Below are positions 25,632 through 34,920 of a stretch of DNA of 40,062 nucleotides, piece after piece. Below the pieces are notes generated by a model. It searched no databases and had not been told where the DNA came from. It saw only the letters and a list, made by a program, of their open reading frames with translations. This DNA comes from Dehalococcoidia bacterium (GTDB lineage: Bacteria > Chloroflexota > Dehalococcoidia > DSTF01 > JALHUB01). How positions within the stretch are numbered: the stretch's first letter is position 1; every line of letters begins with the position of its first letter. The translations under genes and the position numbers were made by a program. The stretch is from the NCBI GenBank assembly GCA_022865685.1, contig JALHUB010000122.1, forward strand, positions 1 through 40,062. The letters are read 5' to 3'.

Positions 25632-26828
25632 ATGCCTGACGGTCCTCCGGCCCCGCTGGCCCTCGTCCATGCCCGCGTCATCACGCCCGAAGCAGAGATT
25701 GCCGACGGCACGGTCGTCATCGCGGAAGGTCATATCGTTCAGGCTGACGAGCGCCCCCCGCCCGAGGGCGTCGAGACGCGCGACCTGCGCGGCCTCATCG
25801 TTGCGCCCGGCTTCGTCGACCTTCACGTGCACGGCGGCGGCGGCTTCTCGCTCGTCGACGGCGACGCGGCGCAGCTTCGCGGCTACGCCCACTGGGCCGC
25901 CGGACGCGGCGTCACCGGCTTCCTCGTAACGCTCGTTCCGGATACACGACAGCGAATGCTCGACGTCATCGCTTCGACGGTTGCGGGATTCGACAGCGTG
26001 TTCGATGGAGCACGGCCGCTGGGCATCAACCTGGAAGGGCCGTTCCTGAACCCATTGCGTTGCGGTGCTCTCAAAAGCGACGTCTTGCGCCCGGCTGACG
26101 TGGACGAGCTTCGCGAATACCTGCTGGCCGCGAGAGGTCTGCTGCGCTTGATGACGATTGCGCCGGAGCTGCCGGGCGCCGATTCCTTGCTCGCCGAAGC
26201 CCTGGACGCGGGCATCGTCGTCGCCCTCGGCCACAGCGACGCGACGTATGAAGAGGCGCGACGTGCCTTCTCGCACGGCGTGGGGCACGTCACGCACTGC
26301 TTCAACGCCATGCGACCCTTCCACCATCGCGACCCCGGCTGCGTAGGCGCCGCCCTGAGCTCGGCGGACGTGACGTGCGAGCTCATCGCGGATGGCGTGC
26401 ACGTCCACCCGGCGGCGATGGAGATGCTGCTGCGGCTCAAGGGCGTCGAGAAGACGGTGCTCGTATCGGACGGCATAGCCCTCGCCGGCGTTGGCGACGG
26501 AACCTTCGAGCTACAGGCGGAGCGAGTGGAGGTGGAGGGCGGCGTCGCCCGTCGTGAGGACGGGACGCTTGCGGGCAGCGCCGCGCCCCTCGATGCGATG
26601 GTGCGCAATGCGGCCGCGTGGCTGCCGGTCCGTGCGGCGGGAGCGATCCGCATGGCGACGCTCAATCCGGCGTCGGTCATCGGGCTGGCGGACCGGAAGG
26701 GGAAGGTTGTGCCCGGCTACGACGCCGATCTCGTCGTGCTTACGCCGGAACTGCAAGTAGAGATGCCCTTCGTCGGCGGCAAGCTGGTCTACGAGCGCCC
26801 GCCGCCGGCATTTAGGCGGTCGACGTAG
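25632..26828 (+). CDS. nagA: N-acetylglucosamine-6-phosphate deacetylase
   Basis: Amidohydrolase motifs are present (PGFVDLHVHGGGGF, HCFNAM, and DADLVVL near the C-terminus). Confidence 0.8.
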   Translation: MPDGPPAPLALVHARVITPEAEIADGTVVIAEGHIVQADERPPPEGVETRDLRGLIVAPGFVDLHVHGGGGFSLVDGDAAQLRGYAHWAAGRGVTGFLVTLVPDTRQRMLDVIASTVAGFDSVFDGARPLGINLEGPFLNPLRCGALKSDVLRPADVDELREYLLAARGLLRLMTIAPELPGADSLLAEALDAGIVVALGHSDATYEEARRAFSHGVGHVTHCFNAMRPFHHRDPGCVGAALSSADVTCELIADGVHVHPAAMEMLLRLKGVEKTVLVSDGIALAGVGDGTFELQAERVEVEGGVARREDGTLAGSAAPLDAMVRNAAAWLPVRAAGAIRMATLNPASVIGLADRKGKVVPGYDADLVVLTPELQVEMPFVGGKLVYERPPPAFRRST

Positions 26829-27529
26829 TCGACAACCTCCGACAGGCGTTCGACCACCAGGTCCGGCTTCGACTTGCCGGGGTCTTCCTGACGGTACTGG
26901 TGCGTCAGCACCGCCTTCATGCCAAGCGCCTGGGCCCCCTGTACGTCGGCCCAAACGAAATCGCCGACGAAGACGGCCTCCTGCGGGGCGACGCCCAGAC
27001 GGCGCAGCGCCTCCTGGAAGATCGCCGGATGCGGCTTCTCCCAGCCGACTTCTGACGATACGACCAGCGTATCGATGTACTGCATCAGCCCGTGCTTGGC
27101 CAGGCTCTTTTCCAGCGCCTTGCTCGACTGGTACGTGTTGGAGACCGCTCCAACGGCCAGGCCGCGTTCCTTGAGGGCGCGCAAGACGTGCCGCGTCTCC
27201 GGATCGACGGTGTAGCGGATGCTGCGGAAGAGCGCGGCTTCGGCGATCCGGCCAAGAACCCCTGCCGAGACATCGAGCCCGAGTGTCTCGAAGCCCTCCC
27301 TGTATATCTCCGCCGTCGGCTTCTGCTCGAGCTTGCCGTGCAGCCAAGCTTCTGTCTCGCGCAGGAACACGGCGGACACGGCGGCCCGCAGCTTCTCCGC
27401 CGGCGGTATGTGTTCGCCCATCTCTTTCGCGAGGCGCCGGCGCAGCGTTTCATACGCCTGCGTCTCGCCGGAGTAATCGACGTCCCACAGCGTGTAGCCC
27501 AGGTCGAACAGGACGGCGCGGACCTTCAT
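26789..27529 (-). CDS. HAD-family hydrolase
   Basis: MKVRAVLFDLGYTLW is HAD motif I, and VGDFVWADVQGA is motif IV. I chose the ATG at 27529 because GGAGAG lies upstream. The track start at 27706 would add a non-coding-looking extension and collide with the divergent gene. Confidence 0.8.
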   Translation of the reverse strand: MKVRAVLFDLGYTLWDVDYSGETQAYETLRRRLAKEMGEHIPPAEKLRAAVSAVFLRETEAWLHGKLEQKPTAEIYREGFETLGLDVSAGVLGRIAEAALFRSIRYTVDPETRHVLRALKERGLAVGAVSNTYQSSKALEKSLAKHGLMQYIDTLVVSSEVGWEKPHPAIFQEALRRLGVAPQEAVFVGDFVWADVQGAQALGMKAVLTHQYRQEDPGKSKPDLVVERLSEVVDYVDRLNAGGGRS

Positions 27530-27686
27530 GTCTCTCCATCCCTGAAGGGGACGACGATTCGATGGATGCTTAGTATGGCAGCATAACGTCGAATCGGCGG
27601 GCCGTTCAAGCGAATAGCCCTCCCGGCATGGAGAACTCACCGACGAGGTGGTAAGATAGGGAACGCATGAGGGAGCACGACGCGAC

Positions 27687-28829
27687 GTGAACGTATACCT
27701 GCTCACCCTGCTGCTGGCGGCTGGAATCGCGCTGGCGACGGCGGTAGCCCTGGAAGTCTACTCCCACCGGATGCGCGTGCCCGGCGTCTTTCGCGTCGAC
27801 CGCGGCGCCGGCGAGCGGCCCTGCTGGGGCGGCGTCGCCGTTTTCGTTGCCTTTGCCGTCACGCCGTTCGTCGCGTCCGCGCTCTCGTCGAAGGCGTCGG
27901 AGTTCTTCTCGCCGAAGTCGGGCGATTTCCTGGGATTCCTGGCCGCGGCCGCCCTCATCTTCGCCGTCGGCCTCGTCGACGATTGGAAAGCGCTCGGCTA
28001 CAAGCCGAAGCTGGTCGTCCAGGTAGTCGCGGCGTCCGGCGTATATGCCGCCGGCTACAGCATCGACAAGCTGGCGTTTCCCTGGGGACCGGAGATCACC
28101 CTCGGCTTCATGGCGCCGGTCCTGACCGTCCTCTGGATCGTCTTCTTCACCAACGCCATCAACCTCATCGACGGCCGCGACGGCGTGGCCACGGGCGTCG
28201 CCGTGCTGGCGGCCGTGCCGCTCGCCTACATCGCCGCCGACTCGCAGCACCCGACGGTCGCTATCTTCCTCGTCGCCATAGCCGGCGCGGGCCTGGGCTT
28301 CATCCCGTTCAACCTGCCGCCCGCGACCAGCTACCTCGGCGACTCCGGCGCGCTGCTGATCGGCTTCCTTCTCGGCTCGCTGTCGATTCGCGCCGCGACG
28401 GGCGTGACCGAGGCGTTCTTCTTCGCCGTGCCCGTCGTCGCCCTGGGGTTCCCGATCCTCGACACGGTGCTCGCCGCGCTCCGTCGCGCCCTCGACCGCA
28501 AGCACCCTTTCGGCCGTGACGCCGACCACATCCATAACCGGCTGGAGAACGCCGGCTTCGGGCCGCGCGGGCTGCTGCTCGTCATCTACGGGATCAGCAT
28601 GCTCTTCGCCGTCGCGGCGATAGTGATGCACGGCCTTGACGTCTTCGCGGTGGAGCTCGGCATACTCCTGGGATTCGCGGCCGTGCTGACGCTTGTGCTG
28701 GCGAAGCTGGGCTACCTGGTTACGCTCTGGAACAGCCACTCCATCGTCTGGCTGCGACGGCGCCTCACGTTCCAGTCCGAAGGCGAAGCCAAGCCGCTCG
28801 ACTCAGGCGATTCCACGCAACGAAGCTAG
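27687..28829 (+). CDS. polyprenyl-phosphate N-acetylhexosamine-1-phosphate transferase (WecA/MraY family, GT4 of the MraY type)
   Basis: NAINLIDGRDG and YLGDSGALLIGF motifs are present, with about 10 TM helices. Confidence 0.85.
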   Translation: MNVYLLTLLLAAGIALATAVALEVYSHRMRVPGVFRVDRGAGERPCWGGVAVFVAFAVTPFVASALSSKASEFFSPKSGDFLGFLAAAALIFAVGLVDDWKALGYKPKLVVQVVAASGVYAAGYSIDKLAFPWGPEITLGFMAPVLTVLWIVFFTNAINLIDGRDGVATGVAVLAAVPLAYIAADSQHPTVAIFLVAIAGAGLGFIPFNLPPATSYLGDSGALLIGFLLGSLSIRAATGVTEAFFFAVPVVALGFPILDTVLAALRRALDRKHPFGRDADHIHNRLENAGFGPRGLLLVIYGISMLFAVAAIVMHGLDVFAVELGILLGFAAVLTLVLAKLGYLVTLWNSHSIVWLRRRLTFQSEGEAKPLDSGDSTQRS

Positions 28830-28868
28830 CAGGGTTGTCGAGTTCCGGCGGCGTACACAAATGCTGTA

Positions 28869-28890
28869 GCCGAGACTTTCCAGTCTCGGC
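28869..28890. terminator. perfect 9-bp hairpin downstream of the WecA-like gene
   Basis: GCCGAGACT-ttcc-AGTCTCGGC lies 40 nt after the stop at 28829. There is no clear U-tract. Confidence 0.4.
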
Positions 28891-29029
28891 GTTCGACCTG
28901 CCCGCGACGTAGCGCAGAGAGACGCTGCACCGGCTGGCGGTCACGCTGCTGGGGCTAAGCAGGAGAGCCTGGACGCAGTTCTTGTGCCGCCTGCCGAATG
29001 AGAAAACTCGATGCATTGCCAACGAGGAA

Positions 29030-29263
29030 CTAGCTGCCGTAACCCTCGTCGCCTTCGAAGCGCATATTATCGCGAACGGTCGTCACGAAGTCGTCCGCAA
29101 ACACCAACGCAGTATCGCTCTCCGGGATACTGGCCCCTTCTCGTAGAGCGTCTAGCAAGGCGAATGTTGAACGAGCATCCGCTTCTAGACCCGCCAGTAC
29201 TTCTTGAGCTAAGGTTGCCGATCCCGTCTCAATTTTCAGGCTCAATCCGATCTTCCCCAACAC
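29030..29263 (-). CDS. small acidic hypothetical protein (77 aa)
   Basis: The translation looks protein-like (LAQEVLAGLEADARSTFALLDALREG...). It lies 25 nt downstream of the DUF2726 gene on the same strand. The start is GTG and the SD is weak. Confidence 0.35.
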   Translation of the reverse strand: MLGKIGLSLKIETGSATLAQEVLAGLEADARSTFALLDALREGASIPESDTALVFADDFVTTVRDNMRFEGDEGYGS

Positions 29264-29288
29264 CTAGGTTGCACCAAGCCAAGCCAGG

Positions 29289-29825
29289 CTAGTCCGCCTT
29301 CTTGCCGTCCATTGCCACCGTTCCCGTCGCGTCCACGTCCCCCGTCAAGAGAGACGAGATGAGCTGCCTCAGTTCTCCAGGAGCATAGGAGCGTTTCGCC
29401 GGCACTCGTAGAATCGGCAGACCGGCCCGGCGGACGGCCTCATCGAGAAACGCGTCCCTACTTCGCCGACGGGCTTTCTGATGCGAGGAATCATCGAGCT
29501 CGATGAGCAGGCGCGGCTCGGTGGTAGCGCTGTCGCAGAGCACGAAATCCACGTGCTTCGACTGAATTCGGTTCAGGTAAGCCTGTCTATCCCTGGTGCC
29601 CTGAGGCAGCCAGAGCAGGTCGCTGAGCCTAACCTTCGCGAATATGTACAGATCACCGTCAATGGCTTGCCCGAGCACCCCGAAGAAGGACCGCTCGGCT
29701 GGAGTCAAGAGATGATCCGTCTTGCGGTAGGGCCAGCGAGCCAGAGCTTTGGCGAAGAACCGATAGAGCAATCCAGCGATGACAGCAGTCACAGTCACGA
29801 CGAGAAGTATCAGGAAGCTGTTCAA
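29289..29825 (-). CDS. DUF2726-domain protein (restriction-endonuclease-like fold) with an N-terminal TM helix
   Basis: LLTPAERSFFGVLGQAI...YIFAKVRLSDLL...SKHVDFVLCD...PRLLIELDDSSH...RDAFLDEAVRRAGLPILRV matches the DUF2726 pattern as I recall it. AAAGGAG lies 7 nt upstream of the TTG start. Confidence 0.7.
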   Translation of the reverse strand: MNSFLILLVVTVTAVIAGLLYRFFAKALARWPYRKTDHLLTPAERSFFGVLGQAIDGDLYIFAKVRLSDLLWLPQGTRDRQAYLNRIQSKHVDFVLCDSATTEPRLLIELDDSSHQKARRRSRDAFLDEAVRRAGLPILRVPAKRSYAPGELRQLISSLLTGDVDATGTVAMDGKKAD

Positions 29826-29859
29826 GCGCAGGCTCCTTTCAACGCAGAGACCCCTGGCG

Positions 29860-30723
29860 CTACCGCAGAGCAGCCCTCAGCCGGTTCGCCAGCAGCAGAT
29901 AGCCGCAGCGCGCCGTTATCCCTCCGGCTACCGCGACGTCGACGACGCGGTTCCGCCGGAGATACTTCTTGTAGTAGTGCCACATGCTGCGATGTCGCGC
30001 GACGATGCTCCGGCTGGGCAGCGTGCGGCTGCTCCGCCCGATGTGGTGGATGACCGACGTCTGCGGCAGGTACACCACGTTGTATCCCGCGCGATGCACC
30101 CGCTGGCAGAGGTCGACGTCCTCGATGTACATGAAATAGCCCTCGTCCAGCAGCCCGATCTCCTCGAAGAGCGAGTGGCGCACCATTAGGCAGGCGCCGG
30201 ACACCCAATCTACGTCGCTGATGCTATCGTGATGCCAATCGCTGAGCAGGTACTGCCGCGAGTAGCGATTTCGCGGGAAGAGCCGCGTCAGCAGCGAGTA
30301 GCGATTGAACAGCGCGACGGAGAAGGTTGGGAAGCTGCGGCAGGAAAGTTGCAGCGACCCATCGGGGTTGAGCAGCCGCGGCGCCACGACGCCCGTGTCG
30401 TCGTGCTCGCGCAGGTAGGCCAACATCGGCGCGAACGGGTCCGCCTCGACCTCCGAGTCGGGATTCAGGAGGACAATCGCCTCGCCCTTCGCCTCCCGGG
30501 CGCCGCGATTCGCCCCCGCCGCGAATCCGAGGTTGCGCGGCATCCGCAGCAGGCGCACGTCCGGGAACTCCGACGCCACCATCGGTGCGCTGCCGTCGCG
30601 CGAGTCGTTGTCGACGACGATGACCTCGCGCTCGACGGCCGGCGGGTGCGCCGCCAGCGATTGCAGGCAGCGACGCAGGTGCTCGCGCCCGTTATAGCTG
30701 ACGATGACGATGGAGATGTCCAC
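29860..30723 (-). CDS. family 2 glycosyltransferase
   Basis: ISIVIVSYNGREHLRRCLQSL ... VIVVDNDSRDGS ... and a DVDLC-type motif. Confidence 0.85.
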   Translation of the reverse strand: MDISIVIVSYNGREHLRRCLQSLAAHPPAVEREVIVVDNDSRDGSAPMVASEFPDVRLLRMPRNLGFAAGANRGAREAKGEAIVLLNPDSEVEADPFAPMLAYLREHDDTGVVAPRLLNPDGSLQLSCRSFPTFSVALFNRYSLLTRLFPRNRYSRQYLLSDWHHDSISDVDWVSGACLMVRHSLFEEIGLLDEGYFMYIEDVDLCQRVHRAGYNVVYLPQTSVIHHIGRSSRTLPSRSIVARHRSMWHYYKKYLRRNRVVDVAVAGGITARCGYLLLANRLRAALR

Positions 30724-30725
30724 GC

Positions 30726-31856
30726 TCAGCCCTTCCTCAGCGCCTCTTCGTAGACTTCGATGGTCTCGCGGGCCGCCCTCTCCCAGCTAAACGTCGCTGC
30801 GCGCTCCAGGCCGCTCTCTCGTAGATTCGACCTCAGGTCGTAGTCTTTGAGGATGCGCTCCATGGCGTCGCAGAGGGCGTTGGCGTCTCGCGGGTCGACC
30901 AGGAGGGCTGCGTCGCCGGCCACCTCGGGAATCGACGAGACGTTCGAGGCGACGACGGGCACGCCGCAGGCCATCGCCTCGAGAACCGGCAGCCCGAAGC
31001 CCTCGTACAGCGACGGGAAGACGAAGAGGTCGGCGGCGTTGTACAGCGCGGGCATCTCCTCAGGCAGGACGTAGCCGGTGAAGATGACATCGCCCTTGAG
31101 CCCCAGCTCTTCCGCCAGCCGGAAGTCGGCGCCGTAGTTCCAGGCCCGCTGCCCGGCCACGACGAGCTTGTGCTCGACGCCGCGCCGTCGCAGCTCCGCG
31201 AAGGCCTTCAGCAGCGTCGTGCGGTTCTTGCCCGGCTCCAGGCTGCCGACGCTGAGGATGAACCGGTCCGGCAGCAGGTGATTGTAGCGCAGCCGGTCCA
31301 ACACGGCCGGGTCGTCGATAACGCGGAACGCGGGCGCTGCCGCCTCGGCGATGGGCCGCACCTTTTCGGGCGGCGCCTGGAGGATTCTCACGATATCGTC
31401 GCGGACGGCCTGCGAGGGGCAGATCAGCATTGGGGCGGCCTTCGCGGCGGCCCAACTGATGGAGCGGAAATAGAGGAGGCGGCTGCGCGGGTAGCGCTCC
31501 GGCAGGATGAAGAAGGTCAGGTCGTGGAAGGTGACGACGCGGCGGCAGCCGGTCGTGAGAAGCGGCGTTGTGTGGTGCGGCGAGTGCAGCACGTCGATTG
31601 CCCGCGCCCGGAGCTGCGCCGGCAGGACGAGCTGCTCCCAAACCAGGCGCGCTGCTCGAAATCTGGCGTCAACGCGTACGACCCGAAACGATGGCCGCTC
31701 CCGTGCCAGGCCGTCGAAGGCATCGGTCTTCGCGAACACGACGTACTCGTTGTCGACGTCGATGCGGGCGAGGGCGCGGATGAGGTTGTCGGTGTAGACG
31801 CCGGCGCCGGCCATCAGGCGCGGTATCGACGTAGCGTCGAAGGCGATGCGCATCAC
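30726..31856 (-). CDS. family 4 glycosyltransferase (GT-B, Glycos_transf_1 type)
   Basis: [28 protein letters not shown] is the E-x7-E region. Confidence 0.85.
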   Translation of the reverse strand: MMRIAFDATSIPRLMAGAGVYTDNLIRALARIDVDNEYVVFAKTDAFDGLARERPSFRVVRVDARFRAARLVWEQLVLPAQLRARAIDVLHSPHHTTPLLTTGCRRVVTFHDLTFFILPERYPRSRLLYFRSISWAAAKAAPMLICPSQAVRDDIVRILQAPPEKVRPIAEAAAPAFRVIDDPAVLDRLRYNHLLPDRFILSVGSLEPGKNRTTLLKAFAELRRRGVEHKLVVAGQRAWNYGADFRLAEELGLKGDVIFTGYVLPEEMPALYNAADLFVFPSLYEGFGLPVLEAMACGVPVVASNVSSIPEVAGDAALLVDPRDANALCDAMERILKDYDLRSNLRESGLERAATFSWERAARETIEVYEEALRKG

Positions 31857-32812
31857 GTCTCCCGGAGCTGTTCCACTTCCAGCGTCCGGCCCATGCGGCC
31901 GCGGTAGTAGTCTAGCACGCCGCGTAGGAGCGCCTTCACCATCGGCCGGTCGCGCTTGATGGCGTGGCGGCCCAGGTAGACGAGCCGCGTCGCCAGGAAG
32001 TATGCCGTGAACACCGCGAACCAGAAACGCGACCGCGAGTTCTTGTGCACCAGGTACAGCCGGTTGCGTGTGGCGTAGTAGTGCTTGAACGGTGTCATCC
32101 AGCCGCCACCGCTCGACGCGCTCTCCATGTGGTAGACCACCGCCTCCGGGTCGTAGCGGAGGCGAAAGCCGGTCGCGAGGGCGCGCCGCAGCCAGTCGGT
32201 CTCCTCGTAGTACATGAAGAAGCGCTCGTCGAGCAGGCCGGCCTCGCGGAAGGCGGTCGCCGGCACAAGGGCGCAGCAGAAGCTGGCGGTCTGGAGGTCG
32301 CGCGGACGGCTCGTCGCGGGGCCGTCGGGCTTGCCGTGGAAGGTCTTGCTGAACAGGCCGAAGCGCCAGTCGAAGTCACCGGCGTGCGTGCTTATGAGCC
32401 GGTGGTCGTCGTAGTAGAGGATTTTCGGGACGGCGATGGTGCGCTCGTCGGCGAAAGCGACCAGCTTCGAGAGGAAGGTCTCCGTCAGTACGGTGTCGTT
32501 GTTGAGGATGAGAATCCGGTCGAAGCCCTCGTCGAGGCAGTAGCGGATGCCGATGTTATTGCCGCCGGCGGTGCCCAGGTTCTCCGGCGCGCGCAGGAGG
32601 ACGGTGTCAGGCAGAAGGCGTTGCAGCTCGGCGTCGGAGCCGTCCGTCGAAGCGTTGTCGACGATAACGATACGCCGGTTGGCGTAGTCGACGCGCGCCA
32701 GCGACTCGGCGAAGCGGCCGATGAAGGCGGCGCCGTTGTAGTTGACGACGACGATGCCCACAGAGGGGCGCTGCGATCCAGGTTCGTCTTGCATTGGAGA
32801 ATGTGCGCCCAT
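31853..32812 (-). CDS. family 2 glycosyltransferase (rhamnosyltransferase-like)
   Basis: VGIVVVNYNGAAFIGRF ... VIVDNASTDGS ... ILNNDT. I chose the ATG at 32812 because AGGA lies 8 nt upstream. The upstream part of the track ORF covers palindromic intergenic repeats. Confidence 0.8.
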   Translation of the reverse strand: MGAHSPMQDEPGSQRPSVGIVVVNYNGAAFIGRFAESLARVDYANRRIVIVDNASTDGSDAELQRLLPDTVLLRAPENLGTAGGNNIGIRYCLDEGFDRILILNNDTVLTETFLSKLVAFADERTIAVPKILYYDDHRLISTHAGDFDWRFGLFSKTFHGKPDGPATSRPRDLQTASFCCALVPATAFREAGLLDERFFMYYEETDWLRRALATGFRLRYDPEAVVYHMESASSGGGWMTPFKHYYATRNRLYLVHKNSRSRFWFAVFTAYFLATRLVYLGRHAIKRDRPMVKALLRGVLDYYRGRMGRTLEVEQLRET

Positions 32813-32891
32813 CTTATCATCCTGAGACAGGAGAGAGGGAAGTCGCGAGCATGTGAGGTGCGTCGCTTGTTGTGGCAGCGGCGTTGTTTCG

Positions 32892-32934
32892 CGGGCCGTT
32901 CGGGATCCCGAACGGCCCGTCCGCCTCAGGCGGA
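32892..32934. repeat. tandem palindromic elements in the rmlD-GT2 spacer
   Basis: There is a 28-nt perfect palindrome CGGGCCGTTCGGGA|TCCCGAACGGCCCG (32892..32919). TCCGCC-TCA-GGCGGA follows immediately (32920..32934), and the same 15-mer occurs at 21066..21080. Confidence 0.6.
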
Positions 32935-33004
32935 GCCCCGTGAGCGCGATAAACGCACATCGCATCGTCGTCGCGGAGAGTCGATGGAAGCGCGCGAGCG
33001 CCGT

Positions 33005-33841
33005 CTAGGTCGGCGGCGCGAGGTGCTCCGCGAGCGCGGCCTGCCAGGGTCGGAGCGCGATGCCGAGCCGCGCGCCCGCCTCGTTGCGCAGCGCCGTGTA
33101 CGGAGGCTTCGGCGGATAGGCGTTGTACTCCGCCAGCGTCGTCGGCTTGAGGGCGACGTCGGAGCGACCGGCGAGCCGCAGGATCTCGCGCGCCCACTCG
33201 AAGCGAGAGCACTCGCCGCTGTTCGTGAAGTGATAGACGCCGTAGACCCCGATTTCGACCAGTCGCGCGATCGCGTCCGCCAGGTCGCGAGCGAGCGTCG
33301 GCGTCGCGACCTCGTCCGTCACCACCGTCAGCTCCGCCTGCCGCGCCGCCGCCGCCAGGATCTTCGACGGAAAGTCGCGCTCGCCGCCGCCGTACAGCCA
33401 GGCCGTTCGCACGACGTACAGCCGCTCGACCAGCGCTTGCGCCTCCTCTTCGCCTTTGAGCTTCGAGCGTCCGTAGGCGTTTACCGGTTTTGGAGCGTCC
33501 GACTCGACATAAGGCTCGCCTCTCAGGCCGTCGAAGACTTCGTTCGTGCTCACGTAGAGGAGCGCCGCGCCGGCGTCTCGACAGGCGAGGGCGACGTTCC
33601 GCGTGCCGAGCCCGTTCACGCGATTCGCCAGATGCGGGTCGTCTTCGCACAGACGGGTGTCCGTGAGCGCCGCCGCGTGGATGACGATGTCCGGCTTCGC
33701 TGCTTCGATCCTTCGACGCGTCGTGTCGGCGTCCGAGATATCGAGCTCCGGCAGGTCGCCGCCGTCGACGGTGTGGGCGGAGAGCGAGCACATCAGCTCG
33801 CGCCCCAACTGGCCGCGATTGCCGGTGATGAAGATGCGCAT
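33005..33841 (-). CDS. rfbD: dTDP-4-dehydrorhamnose reductase
   Basis: MRIFITGNRGQLGRE... is a Rossmann N-terminus. The length and pattern are typical of RmlD. Confidence 0.85.
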   Translation of the reverse strand: MRIFITGNRGQLGRELMCSLSAHTVDGGDLPELDISDADTTRRRIEAAKPDIVIHAAALTDTRLCEDDPHLANRVNGLGTRNVALACRDAGAALLYVSTNEVFDGLRGEPYVESDAPKPVNAYGRSKLKGEEEAQALVERLYVVRTAWLYGGGERDFPSKILAAAARQAELTVVTDEVATPTLARDLADAIARLVEIGVYGVYHFTNSGECSRFEWAREILRLAGRSDVALKPTTLAEYNAYPPKPPYTALRNEAGARLGIALRPWQAALAEHLAPPT

Positions 33842-33853
33842 TTCGAGTCGAGG

Positions 33854-34909
33854 CTAGGCGTTAGCGGGAGGAGCGCTGCGGGCCGAGGCGAGCCGAGCGC
33901 CGTACTGCTTCTCGTAGTAGGCGCGGAAGGCGCCCGACTTGATCTTCTCCCACCACTGCCGGTTGTCGACGTACCAGGCGACCGTCTTCTCGAGCGACGC
34001 CGCGAAGTCGTGGCGCGGCGACCAGCCGAGGGCGCGGATCTTCTCGAAGTCGAGCGCGTAGCGGCGGTCATGCCCCGGCCGGTCTTCGACGAAGCGGATC
34101 AGGCTGCGCGGCTTGCCAAGCAGGTCGAGTATCCCTTCGACGACGTCCATGTTAGGCCGCTCGTTGCCGGCGCCGACGTTGTACACCTCGCCGCGCGCGC
34201 CTCCGTGCAGGAGGAGGTCGAGCGCTTCGCAGTTGTCCTTCACGAAGAGCCAGTCGCGAACCTGGCGGCCGTCGCCGTAGACCGGCAGCGGCTGGTCGTC
34301 CAGGGCGTTGCTGATGAACAGCGGCGCCATCTTCTCGGGGTACTGGTTCGGCCCGATGTTGTTGCAGGGTCGGGCGATGACGACGGGCAGCCGGTGAATC
34401 TCGATGAAGGCGATGCACTGCATGTCGCCGCCGGCCTTGCTCGCGGAGTAGGGGCTGCGCGGGTGTAGCGGGTCGTCCTCTTTGGAGCGACGCGGCGCCG
34501 GCACCTCGCCGTAGACCTCGTCCGTCGAGATGTGGAGCACTCGCTCGATGCGCCCGCTAGCCTCGGCGACGGCGGAGAGCAGGCAGTAAGTGCCGTAGAC
34601 GTCGGTCTGGATGAACGGCGCCGGCTCCAGGAGCGAGCGGTCGACGTGGCTCTCGGCGGCGAAGTTGACGACGGCGTCGACCTCGCCGATAAGCTGCCCC
34701 ACGAGCTCAGGGTCGCAGATGTCGCCCTTCACGAAGCGGTAGCGCTTCGCCAGTGGCCCGCCCTCGATGTCCAGCAGGTTGTCGGGGTTGCCGGCGTAAG
34801 TCAGCTTGTCGAGGTTGACGACCTCGTAGCCATCGTGCTGCGTCAGGATATGTCGAATGAAATGGCTGCCGATGAAGCCCGCTCCGCCCGTGACGAGGAC
34901 CTTCCGCAT
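33854..34909 (-). CDS. rfbB: dTDP-glucose 4,6-dehydratase
   Basis: MRKVLVTGGAGFIGSHF..., YSASK, and PGHDRRYALD. Confidence 0.92.
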   Translation of the reverse strand: MRKVLVTGGAGFIGSHFIRHILTQHDGYEVVNLDKLTYAGNPDNLLDIEGGPLAKRYRFVKGDICDPELVGQLIGEVDAVVNFAAESHVDRSLLEPAPFIQTDVYGTYCLLSAVAEASGRIERVLHISTDEVYGEVPAPRRSKEDDPLHPRSPYSASKAGGDMQCIAFIEIHRLPVVIARPCNNIGPNQYPEKMAPLFISNALDDQPLPVYGDGRQVRDWLFVKDNCEALDLLLHGGARGEVYNVGAGNERPNMDVVEGILDLLGKPRSLIRFVEDRPGHDRRYALDFEKIRALGWSPRHDFAASLEKTVAWYVDNRQWWEKIKSGAFRAYYEKQYGARLASARSAPPANA

Positions 34910-34920
34910 GCTCCGCCTCG

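Noticed and set aside
26789-26828. A 40-bp convergent overlap of the nagA and HAD gene 3' ends.
   Set aside because: This is probably genuine but unremarkable in a compact high-GC genome. No structure or signal was evident.
31964-34468. An 834-aa ORF on the plus strand across the GT2, rmlD and rmlB genes.
   Set aside because: It is an antisense shadow ORF with low-complexity Arg/Ala/Val-rich translation. The minus-strand genes have clear family signatures.
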